Shown in pieces: positions 16,950 through 27,147 of a stretch of DNA of 64,000 bases. The translations under genes were made by a program, and so were the position numbers. Under the pieces are notes generated by a model that saw only the letters and a program-made list of their open reading frames with translations, had not been told where the DNA came from and ran no database searches. The stretch lies in sequence record JX128258, one strand, 5' to 3'. The DNA is from Escherichia phage ECML-117. Position 1 is the first letter of the stretch; each line of letters starts with the position of its first letter.

Positions 16950-17870
16950 ATGACGATACCAATCAGCACGTTTCCTCTATCTGGACAAACGCCAGTATTG
17001 CCTGCTGTATATGCTAACGGCTTGGCGATTGTTTCAGAATTTACATCTGATAAAAACCTGATTGTTCCATTGAGTCCGCCATTGGCGTCTGGTTACAACT
17101 CAGTTGGTCAATTCTTTATGATCGGTAATGATGGCGATTCTACCAGCAAGCCGAATCTGACACTTTCAGTTCCCAAAATGAACATAACAGACGTGCAGAC
17201 TGGTTTAACTGCATCTACAATCACCATCGCTTTTGGAGAAGCAGTGATTATAGGTATGGAGTCTGGAGGGTCAAAGAATGCTGTCGCCGTTAAAGTGGTA
17301 AAATCAAGCGGCAACCAATACACGTTACCAGCGGCAACGGCTTCTGTTCTCGGCGGCGTCAAGATAGGAAGTGGCATAAGTGTTGCAGGCGACGGTACAA
17401 TTAGTGTTACTCAATACTCGTTACCGATTGCATCAGCATCAACCTTGGGTGGCGTAAAAGTAGGAACGACACTATCAATTGATGGTTCTGGAGTTCTCAA
17501 TGCTGCTGCAAGCAATGTGCAAAACACAAGCAATAGTGTAAGCAATCCTCCGACAACTCTGGTGAATCTGGCAACATTAAACCTGCCTGCAGGGAAATGG
17601 CTTGTGACAGCAAGTCAGTTGACTGTAGCAACAGAAGGAGTTCAAGCGAATACCGGAATTACAGTAAAATTGTCAACAAGTAATTCAGATATTACGGATG
17701 ATGCATTTACGATGTCGGCTGGCATTCGGGCTGCAGGTCGTTTCGGCGGCAATATTCCAACAAAGATAATTACTCTTGCCGCGCCTGGCAACGTGTATCT
17801 AAACTATCAATGCACAGACGCATTGACATCTACCGTTTACGGACAGATCACCGCAATTAAGTTGAACTAA
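16950..17870 (+). CDS. virion protein with fibre-type repeats (putative head fibre/decoration)
   Basis: Tandem LGGVKIGSGISVAGDGTISV / LGGVKVGTTLSIDGSGVLNA repeats typical of phage fibre proteins; GAGG RBS. Confidence 0.4.
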   Translation: MTIPISTFPLSGQTPVLPAVYANGLAIVSEFTSDKNLIVPLSPPLASGYNSVGQFFMIGNDGDSTSKPNLTLSVPKMNITDVQTGLTASTITIAFGEAVIIGMESGGSKNAVAVKVVKSSGNQYTLPAATASVLGGVKIGSGISVAGDGTISVTQYSLPIASASTLGGVKVGTTLSIDGSGVLNAAASNVQNTSNSVSNPPTTLVNLATLNLPAGKWLVTASQLTVATEGVQANTGITVKLSTSNSDITDDAFTMSAGIRAAGRFGGNIPTKIITLAAPGNVYLNYQCTDALTSTVYGQITAIKLN

Positions 17871-17880
17871 AGAGGAAGTT

Positions 17881-18018
17881 ATGCAAAAGATTATCCAGTC
17901 ACGTTACGTTAAAGTGCGAAATATTAATTGCAACTCTTTGCTTTCTTGGAAATGGGCTGTTTACGACTCGATGCTGATTGGCGTTTTAGTTGCTGGAGTG
18001 CTTTTTAATATTCACTGA
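17881..18018 (+). CDS. tiny membrane protein (45 aa)
   Basis: AGAGGA RBS 6 nt before ATG; one hydrophobic helix. Confidence 0.35.
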   Translation: MQKIIQSRYVKVRNINCNSLLSWKWAVYDSMLIGVLVAGVLFNIH

Positions 18019-18049
18019 ATCGCCTGGCAATGGATTGTCGCAGGATTTT

Positions 18050-18330
18050 ACGCGTATAATGACGTATCATCCGTATCAAGTAAGTAGTTGTTTTCAAAAG
18101 AATCTTACGGATGATACGGATGATACGCGTTGCCGCGATACTTTATAGGAATTCAAATAAATTAATTTAAAATTATATATCTAATTTAATTTTATTTTTT
18201 TATAAACTCTTATATATGAAAAGTATCCGTATCATCCGTATCATCCGTAGCACACCAGTGATAGCGCGGCTTATACACCGATACGGATAAAAAATACGCC
18301 TCATCTTATCCGTATCATCCGTATCACACT
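18050..18330 (+). promoter_or_regulatory. iteron/AT-rich regulatory element, copy B
   Basis: CGTATAATGACGTA at 18053-18066; 45-nt block at 18102-18148 (about 44/47 identity to 2104-2150); CCGTATCATCCGTATC arrays at 18063-18077, 18225-18248 and 18309-18326; AT-rich core 18146-18225. Confidence 0.6.
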
Positions 18331-18383
18331 AATTAAGGCGCGGCTATATCGGCTGTTATACATATTCAAACCATAATTATTGT

Positions 18384-18412
18384 TTGCCTAAGTTTTTTTC
18401 ATTAGATATAAT
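18384..18412 (+). promoter_or_regulatory. sigma70-like promoter for the capsid gene block
   Basis: TTGCCT - 17 nt - TATAAT, 24 nt upstream of the RBS/start of gene 18436. Confidence 0.5.
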
Positions 18413-18435
18413 ACACAATACTTATTTGAGGGTGG

Positions 18436-19854
18436 ATGCGAATGCAAACGGCACGCGAAATTGACAAAAATGGATTCTTGACGATTGTGGGTTGTCCCAT
18501 TTCGTCATTTGGCATTTTTGATTATTCTGCAGGTCAGGTTGGACTTGATGGTGATCCGAATCGCATCGTAAAAGTTTATCGCCCAGAGTCAGCGGTGAAA
18601 GACCCCGAAGCGATAGATTCATTCAAAAATATCCCTTTCATCGACAATCACGAAATGCTTTCTGGATTCGAAGGTGATGAGGATAACACAGCACCCGAAG
18701 AGTATGGCGTTGATGGCGTTCTAACTGGCAATGTTTATTATGACAAGCCATGGATGCGCGGCGACCTTAAAGTTTTTAGCCGTCGTCTGAAGAAGGCCAT
18801 CGACTCTGGAAAGGTTGACTTGTCTTTGGGCTATGACTGTGAATTCATCATACAGTCTGGAGAGTTTGACGGGCAGCCGTATGAAGTGGTACAGACAACT
18901 CTTCGCGGCAACCACATTGCTCTCGTGGACGTTGGTCGAGTACCAGGTGCACGGGTGCTGGATGGTCGTTGCTTTGACCATCTTTGTTTGACGACTGTAA
19001 CACCATCCAACGAGGATTTAGACATGCCAAAACCGTTAAAAGGTAAAGCGCGTGATAATGCTGTTGAACAGCTGAAATCACTGATCCCTGCGCTCGAACA
19101 ATTTCTGAATGAAGAGAGCACCGAAGCTGCTCATCAGGACGAAGTTGAAGTGAAAGCAGAAGAGAAGGATTCAACCGAAGAACGTGAAGAAGTGATGGTT
19201 GATCCAGAAGTCAAAGCAGAAGCTGAAGAGACTCCAGAAGGTGAAGAGAAGTTTGAATTTGAAACTGAATCTCACGCTGGCGGCGAGCTTCCGCAACTGA
19301 TCAGCCAAATCGAAGCACTTATTGCAAAACTGAAAGGTGGCGCGGTAGGTGATGAAGAAGAAGTTGAAGCCGAAGTCAAAGACGAAGAAGTTGAAGTCAA
19401 GGCTGAAGATGTATCACCTTGCGACAAAGCTGAAGATGTGGTTAGCGGCCTGCAAAACAGCAACGTAAAGGGGGCTTCGGTCGAAAAAGATGACAAACCG
19501 ACAAAAGCGGCGAAAGCGTCGCCAGGTCCAGCAAAAGGGGAACACTCAATGGCATCTGATTCAGCAGTTGCTGCTTTCTACGCTGATTCTGCTCGTAAGA
19601 ATAGCCTCTACCAGCGCCTGTCTAAAGTTGTTGGTGCCTTTGATCATGCAACTATGGACTCCAAGTCCGTAGCGAAATATGGCGCTAAAAAGTTAGGCTT
19701 GAAGTGCGTTGATGGTGCTGAGTTTGACGTGGTGGATAATTATCTGCGCGGCGTTGAACACGGTCAAAAACAGCGTGTAGTCGCAAAACAAAAGGCCGCT
19801 GCGGATTCTGCAGCAACTGACGAAGCGTTTGAAGCTTGGTTGAAAGGGGAATAA
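18436..19854 (+). CDS. prohead protease/scaffold-like protein with acidic C-terminal region
   Basis: 472 aa; Glu-rich low-complexity C-terminal half typical of scaffolds; sits before the major capsid gene. Confidence 0.45.
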   Translation: MRMQTAREIDKNGFLTIVGCPISSFGIFDYSAGQVGLDGDPNRIVKVYRPESAVKDPEAIDSFKNIPFIDNHEMLSGFEGDEDNTAPEEYGVDGVLTGNVYYDKPWMRGDLKVFSRRLKKAIDSGKVDLSLGYDCEFIIQSGEFDGQPYEVVQTTLRGNHIALVDVGRVPGARVLDGRCFDHLCLTTVTPSNEDLDMPKPLKGKARDNAVEQLKSLIPALEQFLNEESTEAAHQDEVEVKAEEKDSTEEREEVMVDPEVKAEAEETPEGEEKFEFETESHAGGELPQLISQIEALIAKLKGGAVGDEEEVEAEVKDEEVEVKAEDVSPCDKAEDVVSGLQNSNVKGASVEKDDKPTKAAKASPGPAKGEHSMASDSAVAAFYADSARKNSLYQRLSKVVGAFDHATMDSKSVAKYGAKKLGLKCVDGAEFDVVDNYLRGVEHGQKQRVVAKQKAAADSAATDEAFEAWLKGE

Positions 19855-19856
19855 AC

Positions 19857-20474
19857 ATGACTTTCCAAACTAGTGTAGGCCGTCAATATACAACTGGCTT
19901 TCCTGGCGACATCGTTCGCGACGGCCCACAGCGTGGGAAGCCAGGCCGAATTGCCAACGCTAACGAAGGCGCAAACGTAAACGCCATCAGCCGTGTGTTC
20001 GGTTTTAAGACTGACGTATCCTTAATGGGTACTGGTCAAACCAAAACTTTGGGCGCGCAGGACTTTGAAGTTGAGCTGGGCGGCACTAACTACTACGGCA
20101 TCCTCGGCAATAGCAAGCGTTACGCGCTGTATGGCAACTCTACTGGTCCTTTGGGTGCCAGCATGGTTCTGCCTCAATATAGCGAAGGCGAGTTCTATGA
20201 TATGTGCACGGGCCTCGTAGTTGAAGTATTCAACCCAAGCACCAGTCCGCAGACGCTTAACTATGGCGACCTGCTTGCTTATGTACCTAAAGGCATTTCC
20301 AGCGGTAACAACCCGAACAACTTGCCTATTGGTGCAATTATCGCCTATACTGGCTCATTGCCAACTGGCATGGTTGCCATCCCAGGCGGTATTGTGATTG
20401 ACCCGACGACTATTGCCCTTTCCGGCCCAAGCGTCCAGTCTTCCACTTATACCATTGTACAATTGACTCGTTAA
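19857..20474 (+). CDS. head protein (205 aa), possible decoration/auxiliary capsid protein
   Basis: Internal ATG 19857 with AAAGGGGA RBS; lies between scaffold and major capsid genes. Confidence 0.4.
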   Translation: MTFQTSVGRQYTTGFPGDIVRDGPQRGKPGRIANANEGANVNAISRVFGFKTDVSLMGTGQTKTLGAQDFEVELGGTNYYGILGNSKRYALYGNSTGPLGASMVLPQYSEGEFYDMCTGLVVEVFNPSTSPQTLNYGDLLAYVPKGISSGNNPNNLPIGAIIAYTGSLPTGMVAIPGGIVIDPTTIALSGPSVQSSTYTIVQLTR

Positions 20475-20488
20475 TAGGCAGGTGAATA

Positions 20489-21628
20489 ATGACTCGCATT
20501 AGCCAAACACACTCTCGCCTCCCAGCGAGCAAGGTGCGCCCTTTTGATATGCAATCCGTGACCGACGCGGCTGTTTCCCAGCTTGCGCGTATCGGTATTG
20601 TGTTTGATTCCGCGATTGTGCGTGATCAGATTGAGCACTTAAACCGTGCAGGCGCTTTCCGCGTAGGTGACGCCGCATTTACTGCGCCGCAAACCACGCC
20701 ATCAATCCCGACCCCGCTGCAGTTCCTGCAACAGTGGCTGCCTGGCTTCGTCAAAATCATGACCGCTGCCCGTAAAATTGACGAGCTGGTTGGTATTGAC
20801 ACCGTTGGTCAGTGGGAAGATGCAGAAATCGTTCAGGGCATCGTTGAACCAGCTGGCACCGCAGTTGAATATGGTGATTTCACCTCTATTCCTCTGGCAA
20901 GCTGGAACGTGAACTTTGAACGCCGTTCCATCGTTCGCGGTGAAATGGGCATGGCAGTCGGCATGCTGGAAGAAGGCCGCGCGTCTGCGATGCGTCTGAA
21001 CTCTGCAGAGACCAAGCGCCAGCAGGCTGCTGTATCTCTGGAAATCATGCGTAACGCAATCGGCTTCTATGGTTGGTATAACGGGAACAACCGCACGTTC
21101 GGCTTCCTGAATGATCCAAACCTGCCAGCGGCAATGACTTCAAACACCACTTCCGGCTGGGCTACTGCGACCTTCCAACAGGTGACTGCAGACATCCGTT
21201 TGATGGTTCGTCAAATCCGTGTCAACTCTCAGGACCAGATTGATCCAGAGAAGGTTGATATGACTCTGGCGCTGCCGACCAACTCTATTGATTGGCTGTC
21301 AAACACCACCGACTTCGGTATTTCTGTACGTGACTGGATCACCCAGACTTATCCGAAGATGAAGATCAAATCTGCACCGGAACTCAACGGCGCACTTGGC
21401 AGTGACCCGACTTTCCTGAACGTGGCATATCTGTACGCTGATCACATCGATTCCTCAATTGATGGCTCAAGCGATGATGGTTCCGTATTCAGTCAGCTGG
21501 TCCAGACTAAGTTTATGACTCTGGGCGTTGAGAAACGCGCTAAGAGCTACGTTGAAGACTACGCAAACGCAACAGCAGGCGTTCTGCTCAAGCGTCCTTT
21601 CGCAGTCGTCCGTATGACTGGTATCTAA
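20489..21628 (+). CDS. major capsid protein
   Basis: 379 aa, canonical position after protease/scaffold; followed by a strong stem-loop. Confidence 0.6.
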   Translation: MTRISQTHSRLPASKVRPFDMQSVTDAAVSQLARIGIVFDSAIVRDQIEHLNRAGAFRVGDAAFTAPQTTPSIPTPLQFLQQWLPGFVKIMTAARKIDELVGIDTVGQWEDAEIVQGIVEPAGTAVEYGDFTSIPLASWNVNFERRSIVRGEMGMAVGMLEEGRASAMRLNSAETKRQQAAVSLEIMRNAIGFYGWYNGNNRTFGFLNDPNLPAAMTSNTTSGWATATFQQVTADIRLMVRQIRVNSQDQIDPEKVDMTLALPTNSIDWLSNTTDFGISVRDWITQTYPKMKIKSAPELNGALGSDPTFLNVAYLYADHIDSSIDGSSDDGSVFSQLVQTKFMTLGVEKRAKSYVEDYANATAGVLLKRPFAVVRMTGI

Positions 21629-21653
21629 TTGCTGTGATTACACAGTAAAACAC

Positions 21654-21682
21654 ATGGGGCGTGGTCGAAAGGCTTCGCCCCA
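21654..21682 (+). other. stem-loop 3' of the major capsid gene
   Basis: ATGGGGCG ... CGCCCCAT 8-bp stem with 13-nt loop; no T-run. Confidence 0.4.
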
Positions 21683-21743
21683 TATCAATAGACCTCAAGG
21701 GCTGTAGGGGCTTATCTGAGGCTTATATAAATAGGACTACAAA

Positions 21744-22208
21744 ATGCCAAAATACATCGTTTCAACTATGTCTATGTCAGTCAACTACACTTTCTATACG
21801 GAAGTGAAAGAAAACCCGAATGCAAAAGCTGGTTCAGGCGCTCTTCCAAATATTCGCAAACAGATTCTGATCAAGGGCGGTGCTGGTCTTACTTCGGCAA
21901 CTTCCGGCTTTGGTGAAATGGCAAAAGGCGCTGATGGTGCACCTTTGTGGACTCCTGAAGGAATCGTCACCGTTGTAAGCGATGCTGATTTTGAACATTT
22001 AAAAGATCATCACGTATTCAAGCAGCACCTTGAAAAAGGTCTGGTTAAAGTGGTTAACCACGACATCGTTGGCAATCATAAAGCTGTCGCTAAAGAAGTG
22101 CGCGGCATGTCAGATGACCCGTTCGCACCTATGACGCGTGAGACGGCTGACAAGCGCATCAAGGTTAAATTGAGCGGCGAACAAGAAGATGATTTGTTCC
22201 GCGTTTAA
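21744..22208 (+). CDS. hypothetical structural protein (154 aa)
   Basis: ORF in the head-to-neck gene block. Confidence 0.45.
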   Translation: MPKYIVSTMSMSVNYTFYTEVKENPNAKAGSGALPNIRKQILIKGGAGLTSATSGFGEMAKGADGAPLWTPEGIVTVVSDADFEHLKDHHVFKQHLEKGLVKVVNHDIVGNHKAVAKEVRGMSDDPFAPMTRETADKRIKVKLSGEQEDDLFRV

Positions 22209-22213
22209 ATAAG

Positions 22214-22678
22214 GTGAATGCCATGTCATTAGATTACGAAAAGTTCAGAATAAAATTTCCACAGTTTGCTGATCAGGTAAAATTCCCTGACACAACGCTT
22301 CAAGTATTCTATGACATGGCATGTGAATTTATTGAATCACAAGACAGTCCTTGTCGTGTTTTAAATGGCAGTAAATTGGAGCTGGCATTGGAATATATGA
22401 CGGCTCATCTTTTATGCATAGCCACAGACCAACAGGTGTCTGTGTCTTCTGGTGACGGAGTTGAACAAGGCGGCTTCGTGACTGGTGCAACAATCGGTGA
22501 CATCACCGTGAATAAGGTAGCGCCGCCTGCAAGTGATGGTTGGGAATACTGGCTTTCAAGCACTCCTTATGGCATGGCGCTTTGGGCGCTTCTGCAAGCA
22601 CTGGCTGTCGGCGGCTTGTCGTTTGGCGGTCTTCCAGAGCGCGAAGGATTTCGTAAAATTGGTGGGGTATTCTGGTGA
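22214..22678 (+). CDS. head completion/connector protein (putative)
   Basis: 154 aa; synteny only. Confidence 0.35.
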   Translation: MNAMSLDYEKFRIKFPQFADQVKFPDTTLQVFYDMACEFIESQDSPCRVLNGSKLELALEYMTAHLLCIATDQQVSVSSGDGVEQGGFVTGATIGDITVNKVAPPASDGWEYWLSSTPYGMALWALLQALAVGGLSFGGLPEREGFRKIGGVFW

Positions 22679-23061
22679 GGATTCCTGGCGTAAACTTATA
22701 TCGAGTTGCGACAAAGGTCATCGGTCGCCAACCGATTCAATATTACATGTACAAGGGGCGTACTCTTGATAAAATGCGCAACTACGTTACCACTTATGAA
22801 GAGCCAATCACCCTGCTTGCTTCGGTGCAGGCTGTGCTTCGAAATCAATACGTCGAGCTTGGATTAGAGCTTCAAAAGAACTATGTCAAAATCTGGGTGG
22901 ACAAAGACATCGTTGACCTTGACCGCGACGCTTCCGGCGACTATTTTGTGTTTGGTGGGAAAACGTATAAAATGGAAGACGAAACGACATGGTTTGACCA
23001 AGATGGTTGGACGTCTTGCCTTGCCGTGGAAGTAAAACAAAGCTTTCCAGTGTCTACTTGA
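22675..23061 (+). CDS. neck/head-tail joining protein (putative)
   Basis: 128 aa; translationally coupled to the previous gene. Confidence 0.35.
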   Translation: MRIPGVNLYRVATKVIGRQPIQYYMYKGRTLDKMRNYVTTYEEPITLLASVQAVLRNQYVELGLELQKNYVKIWVDKDIVDLDRDASGDYFVFGGKTYKMEDETTWFDQDGWTSCLAVEVKQSFPVST

Positions 23062-23062
23062 G

Positions 23063-23644
23063 GTGCATATGACAGATGTCGACCTGATTGACATGCTGGC
23101 AACGCGAATTGAAGAAGGTCTGGCGGCGTATAGTCGTGCAGACCTTTCTGCTGTTCCGGTCCAGAAAAAGTATCAACCGACTCAACAGGGTATTCCGACT
23201 GGTGACCAAATTTGGTTTAACCTTTTATTCTCAGTTCCTTTTGGTTGGTCCATGAGGAAAAGTGAATTTGTCAATGATGAGTCTCAATTCGTAAACGGAA
23301 AATTCAAGGATATTGAAGATCAAATATACGCTACACGTTTTCAAATTAGCGGCTTATTTCCAGAAGTCCCTGGCAATCCAGAAAAGCCTACTGCTAATGA
23401 CGTGTTGACTTATTTGGCAAGATTCATAACTCATAAAGCTAATCTGAGAGATTGGTTCAAAAAGCACCAAGCTTCAGTATATCGAATCGACATGAATAAT
23501 AATGAAAAGTTTTATGATGACATGTCGCAATTTGAATCATTCCCTTCTTTTGATTTAGTAATACTTCACAGAAACGCAATTTCAATTGATACTCCTGCAG
23601 TTGCAAGAGCTGTTAATAATGACTTGGGTGACGTTCCGGTGTAA
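23063..23644 (+). CDS. hypothetical structural protein (193 aa)
   Basis: ORF in the neck region. Confidence 0.4.
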   Translation: MHMTDVDLIDMLATRIEEGLAAYSRADLSAVPVQKKYQPTQQGIPTGDQIWFNLLFSVPFGWSMRKSEFVNDESQFVNGKFKDIEDQIYATRFQISGLFPEVPGNPEKPTANDVLTYLARFITHKANLRDWFKKHQASVYRIDMNNNEKFYDDMSQFESFPSFDLVILHRNAISIDTPAVARAVNNDLGDVPV

Positions 23645-23645
23645 T

Positions 23646-24131
23646 ATGACAAAATCAAAAATGATAGAAAAACAGATTAAGGCACTTCAATCTATGAAGG
23701 GTCTTACTGTTGAGGCAGGATGGTTTGATTCAACAAGATACCCTTCAGAAACTGGTGGAGAAGGAATGTTGGTGTCAGAAGTCGCGCGGCTTAATGAATT
23801 TGGTCACATAGCCGTTTTGAACTTTGGGCAAGGGCCAGTCAGGGTAGAAGTTCCACCCAGACCATTCATGAGATATGCCTATGAATTATTCGTTAGTGAG
23901 CGCAGTGAAATAGAGAATAAAATTGCTAAAAAGATTTTTTCCGGTAAAATAGACGCTAGACAGGCATTAGGTCAAATTGGGCTTGCGATGGAAGCAAAGA
24001 TTGTCGAATCAATTAAAAACGGACCGTGGCAACCAAACGCCAGATATACTGTACGTGTGAAGGGATTCGACAAGCCTTTGATTCACACTAGCCTCATGTG
24101 GCAATCTGTCAGCAGCCAAGTCATTAAATAA
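23646..24131 (+). CDS. tail completion protein (putative)
   Basis: Internal ATG 23646 in ORF-track frame 23586..24131; directly upstream of the sheath gene. Confidence 0.35.
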   Translation: MTKSKMIEKQIKALQSMKGLTVEAGWFDSTRYPSETGGEGMLVSEVARLNEFGHIAVLNFGQGPVRVEVPPRPFMRYAYELFVSERSEIENKIAKKIFSGKIDARQALGQIGLAMEAKIVESIKNGPWQPNARYTVRVKGFDKPLIHTSLMWQSVSSQVIK

Positions 24132-24143
24132 GAGGACACCGAC

Positions 24144-25682
24144 GTGATCAGTCAATCTCGTTATATTAAAATTGTATCAGGGGTCGGAGCAGGCGCGGCT
24201 GTTGCAGTTCGCAAACTGTCGCTTCGCGTCATGACTTCTAATACAGTTCTGCCGCCAGGCATTGTAGCAGAATTTTCAACGGCTGATGCTGTTGGATCAT
24301 ATTTCGGTTATTCTTCCGAGGAATATAAGCGCGCAGCATTATATTTTGGATTCATCAGCAAGCAAATTAACTCGCCTGATTCAATCAGCTTCTCGCGTAT
24401 TGTTTCAACTGCGATTCCAGCAATGGTAATCGGTGATACTGAGCCTAAAGTGCTTGCTACGTTTCAAGCATTCACTGGCGCTATATTAAGCATCACTTAC
24501 GATGGCACAGACTACCTGACTGACGCAATTAACCTTTCAGCGGCGACAAGTCTGGCGAATGTTGCTGAACTTCTGGAGACGGCAATCAATACTAAATTTG
24601 CAGCAGAAGGTGGCACATCGGTGCCTGCACTTGCTGATGCAGAGGTGTATTGGAATGCTAATACTCAGCAGTTCACGCTGGAAGCAGCGCCGTCTACCGC
24701 TGGTGCAGGCAACCTGTCTATCAACGTCACAGGCCAACCGACCGACCCGTCTCAAGCGTTGGGTTGGACCACCACTGGCACCGTAACAGTTGCAGGCCAG
24801 GGCGTTTCAAGTCCGGTAGAAGCAATCGCAGCATCTGTGGAAATCTCCAACAACTTCGGCTCATTCCTTTTCGCTGGAGCAGACCGAACTCTGGAAGAGA
24901 TTACCGCTGTGGCAGCGTGGACTCATTCGCAGAATAATATGTACATGTATTTATTCTCGACTTCTTTTGCTAATATCGGGTCATACTACACCGCTCTGAA
25001 AGGGTACTCAGGCGTTGGCATGATGATTCGCGCAACTAACCTTGCAAACGATTACATCGACCAAGCACCTGCTGAAATCCTCGCGGCAACAAACTATAAT
25101 ACTGTGAATGCAACTCAAAACTACATGTATTATCAGTTTGACACTCGCAACGTGACTGTTTCAACTGACTCTCGCGCAGATACTGCTGATCAAAACCGTG
25201 CCAACTACATCGGCGCTACTCAGCAGGCAGGACAAACATTGGCGTTCTTCCAGCGCGGTGTATTGATGGGCGGGTCAACTGCAGCAGTCGATATGAACAC
25301 TTATGCCAACGAGATGTGGCTCAAGTCCGCTATTACATCTCAGCTGTTCAGCATGTTCTTGAATCTTGGTCGCGTCCCTGCTAACGAAGAAGGGAAAGCG
25401 ACTGTACAAGCCATGATTCAGGTTGCTGTGGATAACGCAAAAGTAAACGGCACCATCTCTGTTGGCAAGGCGCTGACTGAGATTCAGAAACAATACATCA
25501 CGCAAACTTCCGGTGACAACACTGCTTGGCGGCAGGTTGAAACTATCGGTTACTGGCTGACTGTAGATTTTGATACTGAAACCACTTCCGATGGGCGCAC
25601 CGAATACTATGCAACATACACGCTAATCTACTCTAAAGATGATGCTGTGCGTCGCGTTGAAGGTCGTGACGTTCTTATCTAA
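24144..25682 (+). CDS. tail sheath protein (putative)
   Basis: 512 aa, GTG start with AGAGGA RBS; directly upstream of tube-like gene; GCCGCC..GGCGGC hairpin after the stop. Confidence 0.5.
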   Translation: MISQSRYIKIVSGVGAGAAVAVRKLSLRVMTSNTVLPPGIVAEFSTADAVGSYFGYSSEEYKRAALYFGFISKQINSPDSISFSRIVSTAIPAMVIGDTEPKVLATFQAFTGAILSITYDGTDYLTDAINLSAATSLANVAELLETAINTKFAAEGGTSVPALADAEVYWNANTQQFTLEAAPSTAGAGNLSINVTGQPTDPSQALGWTTTGTVTVAGQGVSSPVEAIAASVEISNNFGSFLFAGADRTLEEITAVAAWTHSQNNMYMYLFSTSFANIGSYYTALKGYSGVGMMIRATNLANDYIDQAPAEILAATNYNTVNATQNYMYYQFDTRNVTVSTDSRADTADQNRANYIGATQQAGQTLAFFQRGVLMGGSTAAVDMNTYANEMWLKSAITSQLFSMFLNLGRVPANEEGKATVQAMIQVAVDNAKVNGTISVGKALTEIQKQYITQTSGDNTAWRQVETIGYWLTVDFDTETTSDGRTEYYATYTLIYSKDDAVRRVEGRDVLI

Positions 25683-25729
25683 ATAATTGCCGCCGTAATT
25701 GGCGGCCATCTCTCTGAGAGGAATCTGTA

Positions 25730-26197
25730 ATGATTAACGTTTCCGGTTTTGGCGCTTCGATTCGTTTAGTGGCATCAAACACTTTTCCAAATGGTGTAAC
25801 CCTTTCTGATTTCGCAGATGATGCTGATCCGATTGACGCGCCTGATCTTCAAATCTCTGAAGCGGCAATGGGATTGAACGGTGACTTGGTAGTCTGGAAC
25901 CGTGCCAACCCTCTTGAAGTAGGCGTCAACATCATCCCTACTTCTGAAAGCGATGTAAACTTAGATGTTCTGGCAGCAGCTAACCGTGTAGGCAAGCGCA
26001 AGAACTCTGCGAAAGACGTGATCACCCTTATTCTGACCTACCCTTCTGGCATGGTCATCACACTGAACAAGGGCACTTTGACGACTGGTTCAGTGATTCC
26101 TGGCATCCAGTCTCAGGGTCGTGTAAAAACACGTCAATATCGCTTTAAGTTTGAGAACGTAGTCAAAACTGGCGTGAGCAACCAAGAGATTTTATAA
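25730..26197 (+). CDS. tail tube protein (putative)
   Basis: 155 aa after the sheath gene; paralogue at 27148..27645 with shared N-terminus. Confidence 0.45.
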   Translation: MINVSGFGASIRLVASNTFPNGVTLSDFADDADPIDAPDLQISEAAMGLNGDLVVWNRANPLEVGVNIIPTSESDVNLDVLAAANRVGKRKNSAKDVITLILTYPSGMVITLNKGTLTTGSVIPGIQSQGRVKTRQYRFKFENVVKTGVSNQEIL

Positions 26198-26526
26198 TGT
26201 ATCAAATACCACTTGACAGCGTACCTAACCAGAATATCAGCTTTAACGTTGACGGTGCTTATTGGCAGCTGCACATATTCGCCGCAATTGAGCACATGTG
26301 CGCAGATGTTTACCGCAATGGCGAATTGTTGATTCAAGGGGTGCGCTGTTTTGGTGGTGTACCAATGGTGCCTTATAAATATCTCATGATTGGGTACGGC
26401 AACTTTATTTTTGACAGCGTACCCGATTATGAGAATTTTAACTCTGGCGGCTGTAATTTATATTACATGTCAGAATCTGAGTTGGCTGAATTCCAGAAAA
26501 CTGCTGAAGCGGAGTTTGCAATTTGA
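26197..26526 (+). CDS. hypothetical tail protein (109 aa)
   Basis: ORF, translationally coupled. Confidence 0.4.
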   Translation: MYQIPLDSVPNQNISFNVDGAYWQLHIFAAIEHMCADVYRNGELLIQGVRCFGGVPMVPYKYLMIGYGNFIFDSVPDYENFNSGGCNLYYMSESELAEFQKTAEAEFAI

Positions 26527-26879
26527 CAACTCTAACGATTGAAGTTAATGATAACAACGACCTGTTTCTGCCTGATGGAAGAAATTTGAATATTCTGTCA
26601 GGAGAAAAGGCTATGGTACAAGTTATCAAGGCAGCGCATCAAATGCGACTTGGTGAAGACTTGTACGATGTTGAAAACGGAGTCGATTATTTGGGCACTG
26701 TTTTCAAATCGCCCGTTGATGAAGACGGTGCGAGAAAGTCGATTGCAGATGCTATTCTGAAGAAAGCAGACGTTGCCGGAATCGACTCATTGACTGTCAC
26801 CATCCAAAACGGTATTCTTGGATTTACCGCTGAAGTGGTGACTATTTATGGCGAACGTATAAAGGTGAGTAATCAATAA
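26523..26879 (+). CDS. hypothetical tail protein (118 aa)
   Basis: ORF-track ORF with non-ATG start; true start uncertain. Confidence 0.35.
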   Translation: MTTLTIEVNDNNDLFLPDGRNLNILSGEKAMVQVIKAAHQMRLGEDLYDVENGVDYLGTVFKSPVDEDGARKSIADAILKKADVAGIDSLTVTIQNGILGFTAEVVTIYGERIKVSNQ

Positions 26880-27145
26880 TGGCACAAGTAATTCATTTTG
26901 CTAATGGCGTCATGAAATTTGGCGAAAAATTTGAAGACGCATCGGAATTATTTAACAAGACTTCAAAGCCTGTTGCGGAGAAGAAAGAACAGGTCGAAGA
27001 GAAGACATTAGAGTCGAAAGTTGATTTTGATTCAATGAGCGTCTCTGAATTGAAGGCTTATGCAAAGGAACATGAGATTGACATCAAAGGTCTTTCTTAT
27101 AAGGATGAAATTCTTGCGGCAGTTAAATCTGCATCTGCGGAGTAA
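26879..27145 (+). CDS. small protein with helix-extension-helix (Rho-N/SAP-like) motif
   Basis: 88 aa; C-terminal MSVSELKAYAKEHEIDIKGLSYKDEILAAV resembles HeH/Rho-N motifs. Confidence 0.4.
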   Translation: MAQVIHFANGVMKFGEKFEDASELFNKTSKPVAEKKEQVEEKTLESKVDFDSMSVSELKAYAKEHEIDIKGLSYKDEILAAVKSASAE

Positions 27146-27147
27146 AC

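Noticed and set aside
21654-21682. Stem-loop after the major capsid gene as an intrinsic terminator
   Set aside because: Strong 8-bp stem but no downstream U-run; more likely an mRNA stability or processing element, so listed as a stem-loop only.
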